Positions 40,629-49,552 of a stretch of DNA of 64,000 bases are shown piece by piece (positions within the stretch are counted from its first letter, which is position 1; each line of letters starts with the position of its first letter). The DNA is from an uncultured Helicobacter sp. GTDB taxonomy: Bacteria; Campylobacterota; Campylobacteria; Campylobacterales; UBA6016. Made by a program: the position numbers and the translations under genes. Under the pieces are notes generated by a model. It ran no database searches and had not been told where the DNA came from. It was given only the letters and a program-made list of their open reading frames with translations. The stretch is from contig CAZMPN010000005.1 in assembly GCA_964568395.1 (NCBI GenBank), positions 29,897 to 93,896 on the forward strand. Reading direction: 5' to 3'.

Positions 40629-41532
40629 TCAAAAACCAATATGCATATCCCTTTAACCCATCCGCAAGAGATATGGTTATATTCCAATTTGGCAAATCAA
40701 TATTTGAAATATCCGCCGTATAATACTTAGGATCCCCGATCTTGATATGCCCATTAAAAACAATCTTTACATCAGGCCTTAAGTAGTCCCTTAGCATATG
40801 CAAAATATCTGATACAGTGCGCCCCATACCACTTCCGCCGTTTACTATCATTGGCCTATCGCTGCTAGCTACCGCATATATTAGACTGACCGCATCGTCT
40901 ATATGGATAAAGTCTCTAGTTTCATCTCCTGTACCCCAAAATTCAGCAGAACCTTCTGCAGAAACTATTTTATTGCAAGCATCCCAAAGTAGTTGTTTTT
41001 TTAAACCGTTGCCATAAATAGAGAAAAATCTAACAACCGAGACATTTATTTTATACTCCCTAGCGTATTGCAGACAAAGCTCTTCAGCCATTTTTTTATG
41101 CAAGCCATAAGGAGATACTGGACACAAAGGATCCGATGTTTTAATGGGAGTGTTATCGTGAAGACCATGAACTGCAGGACTGGACGGATATACAAGCTTT
41201 GCTTTTGGAGCATAAATTCTCATATACTCTAGAACAGCCGCTGTACTCTCTACGGTTTTTTTAAAATCCAAAAATGGCTCTTGTACCGAAAATCCAACGG
41301 AACCGCTACCGCCTGAGTGGATTATGATATTTGGCATCTCCGGTAATCTATGCAACGACGGCAACGAAACATCGGAATCAAGCCACCAATCGAAACCAAG
41401 CTTCATATATTCATTAGAGCCCCATGCGCCATGACCTAAGCCAAAAACAGTAAAACCTTGTTCTTTGAAATATTTGGCACAGTTTCTACCCAGAAAACCG
41501 TAGCCGCCAGTAATTAAAACAATTTTACTCAT
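40615..41532 (-). CDS. NAD-dependent sugar epimerase/dehydratase (extended SDR)
   Basis: 305 aa. KIVLITGGYGFLGRN Rossmann and catalytic YGLHK. Confidence 0.8.
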   Translation of the reverse strand: MSKIVLITGGYGFLGRNCAKYFKEQGFTVFGLGHGAWGSNEYMKLGFDWWLDSDVSLPSLHRLPEMPNIIIHSGGSGSVGFSVQEPFLDFKKTVESTAAVLEYMRIYAPKAKLVYPSSPAVHGLHDNTPIKTSDPLCPVSPYGLHKKMAEELCLQYAREYKINVSVVRFFSIYGNGLKKQLLWDACNKIVSAEGSAEFWGTGDETRDFIHIDDAVSLIYAVASSDRPMIVNGGSGMGRTVSDILHMLRDYLRPDVKIVFNGHIKIGDPKYYTADISNIDLPNWNITISLADGLKGYAYWFLNDKQ

Positions 41533-42308
41533 TTGTTCTGCATACCATCTATCATCAAATGCATATCAGTAACTGTTTTACTCTCCAGATTAAACAAGCG
41601 GCTCAAGCCAGTTTTTCTAATAATCTTTGCAAATAAAAATATTTTTTGCGGTATTGGCTTTTTAGAAAAAATGTGTAGATTCGAGCCATTTGATACAAAA
41701 TTAAGACTATTCTGTTTTGCTATAAACTCTAGAGTTTTCATTGAAAAAATAGATATGTGCTGACCATGCTCAAGACAGTAATACCACCATTTATCAGGAG
41801 ATGGAATATCTTGTGGCAGTAGCTCGGTAGAAAACAGTATGGTATCACTTATCCCTAGTATGGTTTTTATCTCATCTAGCGGGTTTAAAAAATGCTCAAA
41901 ATTTTCAAAAGAGGTAACCACATCGTATCTGGAGTTATTAATATCCCCTTCAAATCCTCTAGCCAGAAGATTTTTTGCATATTTGTCATACCAATAAAAA
42001 TCAAACCCTTTGTCGCGCATAAGTCTTGTAAATATGCCGTATCCACCGCCAAAATCCAAAAATTTACCTTTCGGATTAGATAAGATACTCAGAATAATTT
42101 TTGAAACGTCGGCAAAATAGTTGTTTCTAGCCATTACACCGGTATCAGAAATACTAATCGCATCTGAATATGCCTCTTCTAGCCAATAAGGCTCCTCGGT
42201 TTGCATAAATCCACATTCATCACAGCAGTAATACTGTATTTTATGCCTTCCCAGAATAACAGCTTTATATAAAGGCTTTGTTTGAGCACCGCATATATTA
42301 CAATTCAC
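41529..42308 (-). CDS. SAM methyltransferase with N-terminal Cys4 zinc ribbon
   Basis: 259 aa. GTG start with GGAGG 9 nt upstream. CNICG...CCDECG zinc ribbon and FLDFGGGYG motif I. Confidence 0.7.
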   Translation of the reverse strand: MNCNICGAQTKPLYKAVILGRHKIQYYCCDECGFMQTEEPYWLEEAYSDAISISDTGVMARNNYFADVSKIILSILSNPKGKFLDFGGGYGIFTRLMRDKGFDFYWYDKYAKNLLARGFEGDINNSRYDVVTSFENFEHFLNPLDEIKTILGISDTILFSTELLPQDIPSPDKWWYYCLEHGQHISIFSMKTLEFIAKQNSLNFVSNGSNLHIFSKKPIPQKIFLFAKIIRKTGLSRLFNLESKTVTDMHLMIDGMQNK

Positions 42309-42357
42309 GCCAAAGCCTCCATATCAATAAAAAGAAATTGCGAACCAAGCTATAAGC

Positions 42358-42927
42358 CTATCTTTCCGCAGGCGAAATTTCCCTTATCAATCTGGCGGGA
42401 TTGCCGGCCCAAATCGTATAAGGCTCAATATTTTTTGTCACAACACTCCCTGCTCCGACAACAGCGCCTTCGCCTATCTCCACCCCTTTTAAAATAATGG
42501 AGTTAGCACCAATCCAGCACCCTTTTCCAAGAATAACACACTTACTCTTTGTGGTAGTCCAGTCATGGCCACAATTATCGCGCCAATCAGACAAGTCTTT
42601 TTTTCTTAGACTGTAACTTATGCTATGATTGTCACTGTCCATAATCAAGCAATTACTTGCCACCAACACATCATCATATATGGCTATGCTTTTCACACAA
42701 TCTATTACGCTGCCGCCGCCTACAAAAACATTGTTTCCTATTGTGAGAGTGGCTTCTTCGGTCTCTGTAACGATAGTGCCTTGAATCAGAGAATCATTGC
42801 CTATATTTATTTTGGCACCATCTTTTCTTTTATTGACGGAGCCGACTATTTGAGTATTAATACCCAATTTATCTATATGTTTTTTATTGCGTCTCTCGCG
42901 CAACCATAACTTTAAAGCGGCAACCAA
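42358..42927 (-). CDS. hexapeptide-repeat O-acetyltransferase (maltose/galactoside acetyltransferase-like)
   Basis: 189 aa. GKGCWIGANSIILKGVEIGEGAVVGAGSVVTKNIEPYTIWAGNPARLIREI. Confidence 0.8.
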   Translation of the reverse strand: MVAALKLWLRERRNKKHIDKLGINTQIVGSVNKRKDGAKINIGNDSLIQGTIVTETEEATLTIGNNVFVGGGSVIDCVKSIAIYDDVLVASNCLIMDSDNHSISYSLRKKDLSDWRDNCGHDWTTTKSKCVILGKGCWIGANSIILKGVEIGEGAVVGAGSVVTKNIEPYTIWAGNPARLIREISPAER

Positions 42928-42939
42928 ACCAAAGCCCCG

Positions 42940-43647
42940 CTACTTATAGCAAAGAAACCATTTTCCAACCGAAACCTGATCGCTCCAGCCAGAATCAATT
43001 ACATATACATCTTTATAAACAGAGCGGTATTTTTCAAGCCACCACTCTACGCTATTATTATGAAAACTCTGCAATGTTTTCATCCATCCTTCATCTTTAC
43101 CGCTTCTAGATACTGGTATCATATGAAAAGACGCTACTTTTGCAACCCTGTGAGCCTCAGAGAGCAAATCCAATATCCCTTGCTCTGTAAAATGTTCTAG
43201 AGAGCCTATAGTATAGGCATAGTCAAACGAATTGTCAGAATAGTCCATTTTAGTTGCATCACATACCGTAAGCCTATAATCCTCTATACCTCTATCCTTT
43301 GCTTTACCTATCAAAACATCAGATATATCGCATCCGTAAAGCTCTATGCTTTTATTATCAGCCAAAATTTCCATTGTCTTTCCGGTTCCGCATGCAATAT
43401 CAAGAACGCGACCCTTGCAATTGATCATTAAAAACTGTATCTCATTCCAAACATGCCCGATACCCCATGTTTCTAGTATGGCAGCCATCTCCGGGGTCCA
43501 ATACACATCTAGATCTTGGCTTTTAACATCCGAAGAGTTGCTTTTTTCTTTAGGAATAACTCTTCTTATTTTTCCTTTTAGCCATTTTAATGCGCCGCAA
43601 GGATTGATTGGATTGCAAAGTATTTTTGTAATGCTATTATTCATCAT
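42940..43647 (-). CDS. class I SAM-dependent methyltransferase
   Basis: 235 aa. Motif I VLDIACGTGKTMEIL. Confidence 0.75.
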   Translation of the reverse strand: MMNNSITKILCNPINPCGALKWLKGKIRRVIPKEKSNSSDVKSQDLDVYWTPEMAAILETWGIGHVWNEIQFLMINCKGRVLDIACGTGKTMEILADNKSIELYGCDISDVLIGKAKDRGIEDYRLTVCDATKMDYSDNSFDYAYTIGSLEHFTEQGILDLLSEAHRVAKVASFHMIPVSRSGKDEGWMKTLQSFHNNSVEWWLEKYRSVYKDVYVIDSGWSDQVSVGKWFLCYK

Positions 43648-44591
43648 GTTCCTATATTATCAGAATGTGCTTTAAAGCCTTTAACTGTGCCTGCCAGATA
43701 CATAAAGAAGCTCTTTATTTTTTCAAATATTTTACCGCCCAGACTATTTTTTTTCTTCCTTAATGCATGCGCGACAATATCGCGTATATGTTTTTTTTCA
43801 AAAACATCGTCTGTTAGGCTATAGTCAAACGGAACAAGTTCTTGCTCTATATATCCATCTCCGCAATGGGTTCCACTCCCGTCATATCCTATATTGCGAA
43901 CAAGTCTCTCTGCCGGGAAAAGCGTCAATCCATTTTTCAAGAAAATAGACATATACCAAAAAATAGCCCAGGAATTTATTTTCCCATCCAATTGAAGCTT
44001 AGACATTGAGACATAATCATAACTATCGTCAAAGTTAAAATCTCTAATTTTACTTTCATCGCTTATAACACGCTTCAGGATTTCAGAATCTCTTGAGAAA
44101 ATAGACCATTTTCCACGCCACGTAGCCCAACTCCAAGAACTTGTGATCGATAGAAAATAGGTCGATTCAGGAACTCTGCCGCCATCTGCAAAAGAATAAC
44201 CGGTAACAGCATAGACACTCTGCTCGTTTTCGTACTTATCCAATGCCTCATTCATAAAACATAAAAAATTACTACTTGTTAGTAAGTCGTCTTCCAGGAC
44301 AATAACTTTGCCAGCACTATTAACTACGTCTGTAACACCGTCTATTATATTGCTTGCTAGGCCGAAATTTATATCTCTTTCGACAACGAAAATATTTTTA
44401 AATCCGGATATCTCTTTTATAAATTGTCTAACTTCTTTTACTAGCGGCTCAGCATCTTTGTTTTTGGCTCCGTCGGAGTAAATATACAGGTCTGTTTGTT
44501 CAGCCAATGCATTTTTTAGAAGAGATTCTATTGTTTTTCTAGTGTGCTCTGGACGATTGTAGACAAACAAAACAACAGGAGCTAAATTCAA
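43644..44591 (-). CDS. GT-A fold glycosyltransferase (GT2-like)
   Basis: 315 aa. APVVLFVYNRPEHTRKTIESL N-terminus and acidic LEDD motif (VIVLEDDLL). Confidence 0.6.
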   Translation of the reverse strand: MNLAPVVLFVYNRPEHTRKTIESLLKNALAEQTDLYIYSDGAKNKDAEPLVKEVRQFIKEISGFKNIFVVERDINFGLASNIIDGVTDVVNSAGKVIVLEDDLLTSSNFLCFMNEALDKYENEQSVYAVTGYSFADGGRVPESTYFLSITSSWSWATWRGKWSIFSRDSEILKRVISDESKIRDFNFDDSYDYVSMSKLQLDGKINSWAIFWYMSIFLKNGLTLFPAERLVRNIGYDGSGTHCGDGYIEQELVPFDYSLTDDVFEKKHIRDIVAHALRKKKNSLGGKIFEKIKSFFMYLAGTVKGFKAHSDNIGT

Positions 44592-44596
44592 ACTGT

Positions 44597-45268
44597 TTAA
44601 ATCCTCTTAAAAAATACGGTATTAAAAGTTTTTGCAAAAATCATATAGCCATTTTTTTGCATATAGGCCGTAGTCTCCGAGCTGATAATCTGGTCAAAAG
44701 TCGTGCCCAAAACCTCAATCAATACAATCTCTGGTCTATATTTATCCCAATCGTTTGAGTTTAAGACTTGAAAATCAAGCCCCTCCACATCTATGGACAA
44801 AAAGTCTATTTTTTGTCCGGCAGGCATAAACTCATCTAAAATACTCACCAAAGTTCTTGTTCGAAGCTCTTTTGTGCCAATAATTTTATATTGCCGAAGT
44901 CCGTTTCTGCTATCAGAAAGCTCTTTTGAAAAACCGTTCAACGCCGGTTCGTTGAATATATAGTATGTCAGAACTTCGTCTTTATCGGATACTGGAATTT
45001 CCAGATTAATATCCAAGGGTCTGTCTCTCTCAAACACGGCCATACTACCTGGCATAGCGTCTATATTTATTCCTCGCCATCCCCTTCTATAAAAAAAATA
45101 GGTATTTGAAAATCGCTTCGGATGATGTGCGCCAACATCTATATAGAAGCCCTCTTTTTTGTTTTCAAATATTCTATTAAGAACCATATCTTCGCCCTCT
45201 TGCGAATAACACAGGGAACCAAATGGCCAAAGCGTCTTAAAAATCTGTTTTTTAAAATTTCTAATCAT
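44597..45268 (-). CDS. FkbM-family SAM methyltransferase
   Basis: 223 aa. FYIDVGAHHP and LSIDVEGLDFQVL motifs. Confidence 0.8.
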   Translation of the reverse strand: MIRNFKKQIFKTLWPFGSLCYSQEGEDMVLNRIFENKKEGFYIDVGAHHPKRFSNTYFFYRRGWRGINIDAMPGSMAVFERDRPLDINLEIPVSDKDEVLTYYIFNEPALNGFSKELSDSRNGLRQYKIIGTKELRTRTLVSILDEFMPAGQKIDFLSIDVEGLDFQVLNSNDWDKYRPEIVLIEVLGTTFDQIISSETTAYMQKNGYMIFAKTFNTVFFKRI

Positions 45269-45974
45269 GTGTTTTATATTGCAATACTACAGCACAATCA
45301 TATGAGATATTCAACTCTGGATCATAAACAAAACTAGGCTTCATTCTAGAAATGTCAATCAAATCAACCGATGAATTTAGCGTATTGGCTCTCGGCGAGC
45401 CTTCTGGAATTTTCCCACTTATTTTTTGCTCATAGTTTGATTCTATACCTATGCCCAAAAAGCCATTTGGTTTTAAAATTCGTTTACATTCATCAATCAC
45501 TAACCCTGGATTGGAACTATAGCTAATCATCCATCCAAGAAGTACAGCATCAAATGTATCATCTTGATATATTGTCGCATGTATATCGCCAACATCAATA
45601 TAGCTGCTATAAGAAAATAAATCTAAACCAATTGTATTTTTTAGACCAAGCGCCTTAGCCCAAAAAATATCATCCTCTGTTCTTGGTCCAACTATTAAAA
45701 TTTTAGGCTCTTTTCTATCGCGTACCAACATCAATGTTGGATATAGCAATAAACCCATTCTACCGCTCATTCCAAAAGTAGCTTTTAAGTTATCGAGAGC
45801 CTGCATGTTATATTCAACTGTTCTTTGACCGATATTTTTACTTGAATAAGATGTCAGCCTCATCTTATTTTTTAAAACAAAAAAACGAATAAGACAAAAA
45901 TAATATCTAATGATGTCAATTCTTAATAGCTGTATTAAGAAATTATTAATTTTTATTCTATATTTTGTAAACAA
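45261..45974 (-). CDS. class I SAM-dependent methyltransferase (start uncertain)
   Basis: KILIVGPRTEDD...FDAVLLGWMISYSSNPGLVIDECKRILKPNGFLGI. The track start is a TTG at 45974 with GAAAGG upstream. An alternative ATG at 45863 would leave a 135-nt very AT-rich spacer. Confidence 0.6.
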   Translation of the reverse strand: MFTKYRIKINNFLIQLLRIDIIRYYFCLIRFFVLKNKMRLTSYSSKNIGQRTVEYNMQALDNLKATFGMSGRMGLLLYPTLMLVRDRKEPKILIVGPRTEDDIFWAKALGLKNTIGLDLFSYSSYIDVGDIHATIYQDDTFDAVLLGWMISYSSNPGLVIDECKRILKPNGFLGIGIESNYEQKISGKIPEGSPRANTLNSSVDLIDISRMKPSFVYDPELNISYDCAVVLQYKTHD

Positions 45975-45998
45975 ATTAAACCTTTCTTTTAATCAGTG

Positions 45999-47126
45999 TC
46001 AATGACCCTGATTCATGTATTTTGCGAAGACTCTTGGATAATCAGCAATAGCTTGCTTTAGTTCAGGACAGATATCTTTTGGGAAGTTATGCCTATCATA
46101 TCCGCCACCAAACAAAGAATCACTAAAATTCATTTGAAACAAAATCCTATGATCCTTCAAAAGATACTTACCCTTATGAAGCCCTCTTGTATCGACGGCT
46201 ACGATTGTACCTTTCTTGCCGACAACCTCAATAATGTCTTCTTTTTTATAATACTGCTCAACCTCGTGATCCTCAACCCTTGCATATCCTCTTTTTAGTA
46301 GTTCCGCCGGTATGCCTCCTGTTTTGTGGGAACCCCTAACATAACAATGAGGACCTCTTTCTGTGTCCATATCCGAGAGATAGAAAAAAACCTTAATCCA
46401 CTTAATGCGATCCATATCAAAATGCCACTTTGTAGCAGACATGGAATTTGATTCTTTAACAAAATCGGTATGTATCCAATATCCGAGAACGTCAGATACA
46501 GGCTGGCTCTTGAAATACTCTTGCGCTAAAGCTATAAGAGACATATCTGCCAAGAATTTTTGAACCCTTGTGTTGTTAAGCAATACGTCTGGGTAATAAT
46601 CATATCTTATTGCCTTTTTATTGTTTGGATCATATATCTCTTGAATCTCTTTGTGCATATCATATGTTTTTGGATTTGCTTCCACGGGGCGCAAATGAGC
46701 AGGTTGAGTCCTAGGTATCTCTAATAGTTCTTCTATAATATCATCGCTAAGCTTGTGGTCAAAAAGATAGAAGCCGTCTTCTTCGATTTTTGAACATATA
46801 TCCTGAAGTTTTTGCTTGTCTAAGTCGCCCAATACCCCAGAAACTTTTTCCGGCATTTGGTATGGAGGATGATTTAGTTTTACTAATTCGTGAAAGAAAT
46901 CGTTTGAGGCACCCTGCGTGTCACAAAATAATCTGATCAGAGACTGGTATGCTTCCGGCGGAGTGGTATGGTTGCCGCTTTTCCAATACCGCTCAACCCC
47001 ATCTATAACAGTTCTGACATGCGGCCATATTTCTTGTACTTTGTTTGTGCTATGTCTAGGATCCCCTTTTCGAATACCTCTATTTTTTAGATATTTTTTG
47101 ACACGCTTTACGGTTTTGCTATACAT
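45999..47126 (-). CDS. PhyH-family Fe(II)/2-oxoglutarate-dependent dioxygenase
   Basis: 375 aa. H-x-D in WHFDMD, followed by GPHCYVRGSH and a distal GLHKG, consistent with the 2-His-1-carboxylate jelly-roll pattern of phytanoyl-CoA dioxygenase-like proteins. Confidence 0.65.
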   Translation of the reverse strand: MYSKTVKRVKKYLKNRGIRKGDPRHSTNKVQEIWPHVRTVIDGVERYWKSGNHTTPPEAYQSLIRLFCDTQGASNDFFHELVKLNHPPYQMPEKVSGVLGDLDKQKLQDICSKIEEDGFYLFDHKLSDDIIEELLEIPRTQPAHLRPVEANPKTYDMHKEIQEIYDPNNKKAIRYDYYPDVLLNNTRVQKFLADMSLIALAQEYFKSQPVSDVLGYWIHTDFVKESNSMSATKWHFDMDRIKWIKVFFYLSDMDTERGPHCYVRGSHKTGGIPAELLKRGYARVEDHEVEQYYKKEDIIEVVGKKGTIVAVDTRGLHKGKYLLKDHRILFQMNFSDSLFGGGYDRHNFPKDICPELKQAIADYPRVFAKYMNQGH

Positions 47127-48991
47127 GATGCCTCCTTCAAAAATTTCGTTAAATTTGAATGTAACTTACCTTTTACAACATTCTTTGCAGATAACCTACT
47201 GCAAATACCGCCAACAGTTTCTCTCCCAAACTTTTTTAAGTTTGAGAAAAGCCTACCCCTCACTCTTTCATTCGCAAATATACCATTATGTATATCTCTT
47301 AACGACTCCTTTACAAGTTTTTTCAGATTAAAGTATAACTCAATCTTCTTTGAATATAAGGAATGATGAACTTCATTTAACATTTTGATGATTATTTTCG
47401 TCTCCGCATCCTCATCGACCCCTTCAAAAACCGATTCATCAATTAAATCACCATAGTTTGTCGCGCCAGATTCGATAAATGCGCAAATATTTTTTTGCAC
47501 AGCAATCGTCTTTGGTTTTTTTGCAACATCCAAATATTTACGGATAGGCTCTCCTGGCTGCATCTTGAACGCATCGCTGATATCAAACGTAGTAAGAGAA
47601 AACTTAAATGCAAGCCATCTATATGCCAGCCGAATTCTCTCAAAACTCCAGCCAGACTCCAATGCCCTATCGATTGCCAAAAAATACTCTTCTTTTGTGT
47701 CGACTTTAATATCCAAATCTATTGGATACGTATTCCATTCATTCGCATAAGATAGCACCGGTAATCCCAAAAGTGACATCTCGAGACCGCTGCTAGAAAA
47801 ACCGTTCAAAATAACATCCGCATACTCTGCCAAATCATATATGGAAAGATTGTCTGCTGGCCAATTGACCCTAATATTTGACGGTAGATTACTTAGTGCC
47901 TCTTCATACAGAATAGCATTTTTAGATTTTTGTTTTTCTCGATGATTTGGAAACTCTCTCGGATGAGTCCTTACTATTAAAAATAAATCCGGCCTATTTT
48001 TAAAAAAATCAATTAATCCCTTAATCCATTCTAGCTGATCGACAAATATTTTCCCATGGCAAGTATCAAACTCTCCTACGGCATAAGAAGCAATGATTTC
48101 ATCATATGAACTCATCATGGCGACTGCTATTTTTTGAGAGCGAGAGATACCGAAATATTTCAATATGTCGACATTGGACTGCTTCGCCTTAGAATACGAT
48201 AAAAACGTTCTGGACTGTATCTGACTCAATATATGAGGCAGTGCTTTTGCAAGCATTTTCCCTGGAAACGGCTTATTTTTTACTTTATTCCATGCTTCAA
48301 ACTGCGTATACCAATGCGTAAGGTTGTATCCTTTTACCATTATAAATCCTTGATAAAAGGCAGCCAAATTATCCCAAGCAGTCATACTGTAAGACGGTAT
48401 ATCTCTCTGTTTGGCACAAAAATTAAATACGTTATTTGAAGAGTATGTATTGCTATAAATAACTATCCTGTCAGGCTTTATAGCATCCAATATTTTCGGT
48501 GCCGCACAAGCAACATAAAAAGCATTTTTAAGCCATACGACATACGATGCCCACTCATCCGGATGACTCATATCTAAATTATTTTTTTTATACTGCAACA
48601 TTGTTTCATAAGTAGCAAGCCTGCCCAGCGGGATACCGGCATACTGAAAATCGTAGTAATTTTCGTGGCTAATTTTGTTTATTTGCGTATCCACAAACTC
48701 TTTATCTTCATTTGTCAAATAGGTACTTATATCGAAACCGTCAAAATTAAAACCTTTTTTTATAAGTTCTTTATTTTCATTACATATTCTGCATATTCTT
48801 TGCTTCGCATCAATTGGAGAGTCTATAGATAGCCCATTTGCTCTCATGCTTATACATATACTACTAAGCATCTCTCCGCATGTTACATATGTTATCTCAT
48901 GGCCTCCTTGCTTCAAGGCATCTGCAGCCAAAGCCTCCGGGAAGGCATGCTGCCAAATTGCAGAATAAGGAGCAAATAGCAAAATCCTCAT
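47108..48991 (-). CDS. uncharacterised large protein, possible GT-B-like (capsule-synthesis/KpsS-like) transferase
   Basis: About 627 aa from the ATG at 48991 (ATGA overlap with the GNAT stop); the track start is 49015. MRILLFAPYS...GHEITYV looks like a GT-B N-terminus, and LIVRTHPRE...ADVILNGFSSSGLEMSLLGLPVL looks like a GT-B C-half. I recognise no named family. The C-terminus has a duplicated basic motif. Confidence 0.4.
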   Translation of the reverse strand: MRILLFAPYSAIWQHAFPEALAADALKQGGHEITYVTCGEMLSSICISMRANGLSIDSPIDAKQRICRICNENKELIKKGFNFDGFDISTYLTNEDKEFVDTQINKISHENYYDFQYAGIPLGRLATYETMLQYKKNNLDMSHPDEWASYVVWLKNAFYVACAAPKILDAIKPDRIVIYSNTYSSNNVFNFCAKQRDIPSYSMTAWDNLAAFYQGFIMVKGYNLTHWYTQFEAWNKVKNKPFPGKMLAKALPHILSQIQSRTFLSYSKAKQSNVDILKYFGISRSQKIAVAMMSSYDEIIASYAVGEFDTCHGKIFVDQLEWIKGLIDFFKNRPDLFLIVRTHPREFPNHREKQKSKNAILYEEALSNLPSNIRVNWPADNLSIYDLAEYADVILNGFSSSGLEMSLLGLPVLSYANEWNTYPIDLDIKVDTKEEYFLAIDRALESGWSFERIRLAYRWLAFKFSLTTFDISDAFKMQPGEPIRKYLDVAKKPKTIAVQKNICAFIESGATNYGDLIDESVFEGVDEDAETKIIIKMLNEVHHSLYSKKIELYFNLKKLVKESLRDIHNGIFANERVRGRLFSNLKKFGRETVGGICSRLSAKNVVKGKLHSNLTKFLKEASCIAKP

Positions 48992-49551
48992 GCTTGCGGC
49001 TCTTTGTTTAAGCACTCCAAATATTCATTTGCTATAATGGAATACTCTAGCATATTGTGAAATGAACCATTTTTATATACCGCCAATCTCCTGATCCCCT
49101 CTTGTTTCATGCCAAGTTTTTGCGCAACTTTTTGCATACCTATGTTTCCCTCCAACGTTCCGCAATAAACCCTGTTTAAATTTAACTCTAAAAAAGCATG
49201 TCTTAACAAGGCACTCAGTGCCTCAACGGCATAGCCACGCCCCCAGTTTTGTTTACTTCCAAGTAAAATGTTTAAACTGGCGCTTCTATTTAAAAGATCT
49301 ATATCGCCTATTGAAACATTGCCTATATGAAGCATGCTATCTCTTAAATGCAAAGCAAGGGCAATAATATTTTTATTATTAGTCACATACTCAATATATT
49401 TAAATGCGGCATCTTTAGTATAGGGGAAATAGCGATGCCCGTTAAAGCGACACACTTCTGGATCGTTGAGCCATCCTATATAGTCATCGGTTATATGGGC
49501 AACATTCAATGGGCAAAGCTCTAATCTTTCAGTACTAATAAAACTGTTCAT
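48988..49551 (-). CDS. GNAT N-acetyltransferase (RimJ/RimL-like)
   Basis: 187 aa. ERLELCPL N-terminus, and WGRGYAVEALSALLRHAF (GNAT motif A region). Confidence 0.8.
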   Translation of the reverse strand: MNSFISTERLELCPLNVAHITDDYIGWLNDPEVCRFNGHRYFPYTKDAAFKYIEYVTNNKNIIALALHLRDSMLHIGNVSIGDIDLLNRSASLNILLGSKQNWGRGYAVEALSALLRHAFLELNLNRVYCGTLEGNIGMQKVAQKLGMKQEGIRRLAVYKNGSFHNMLEYSIIANEYLECLNKEPQA

Positions 49552-49552
49552 A

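Noticed and set aside
41529-49015. O-methyl phosphoramidate (MeOPN) capsule-modification system. Considered because of clustered methyltransferases and a roughly 630-aa transferase-like orphan.
   Set aside because: I could not find homologs of the glutamine kinase, the CTP:phosphoglutamine cytidylyltransferase or the gamma-glutamyl-CDP-amidate hydrolase that define that pathway. There are no poly-G tracts in the candidate transferase.
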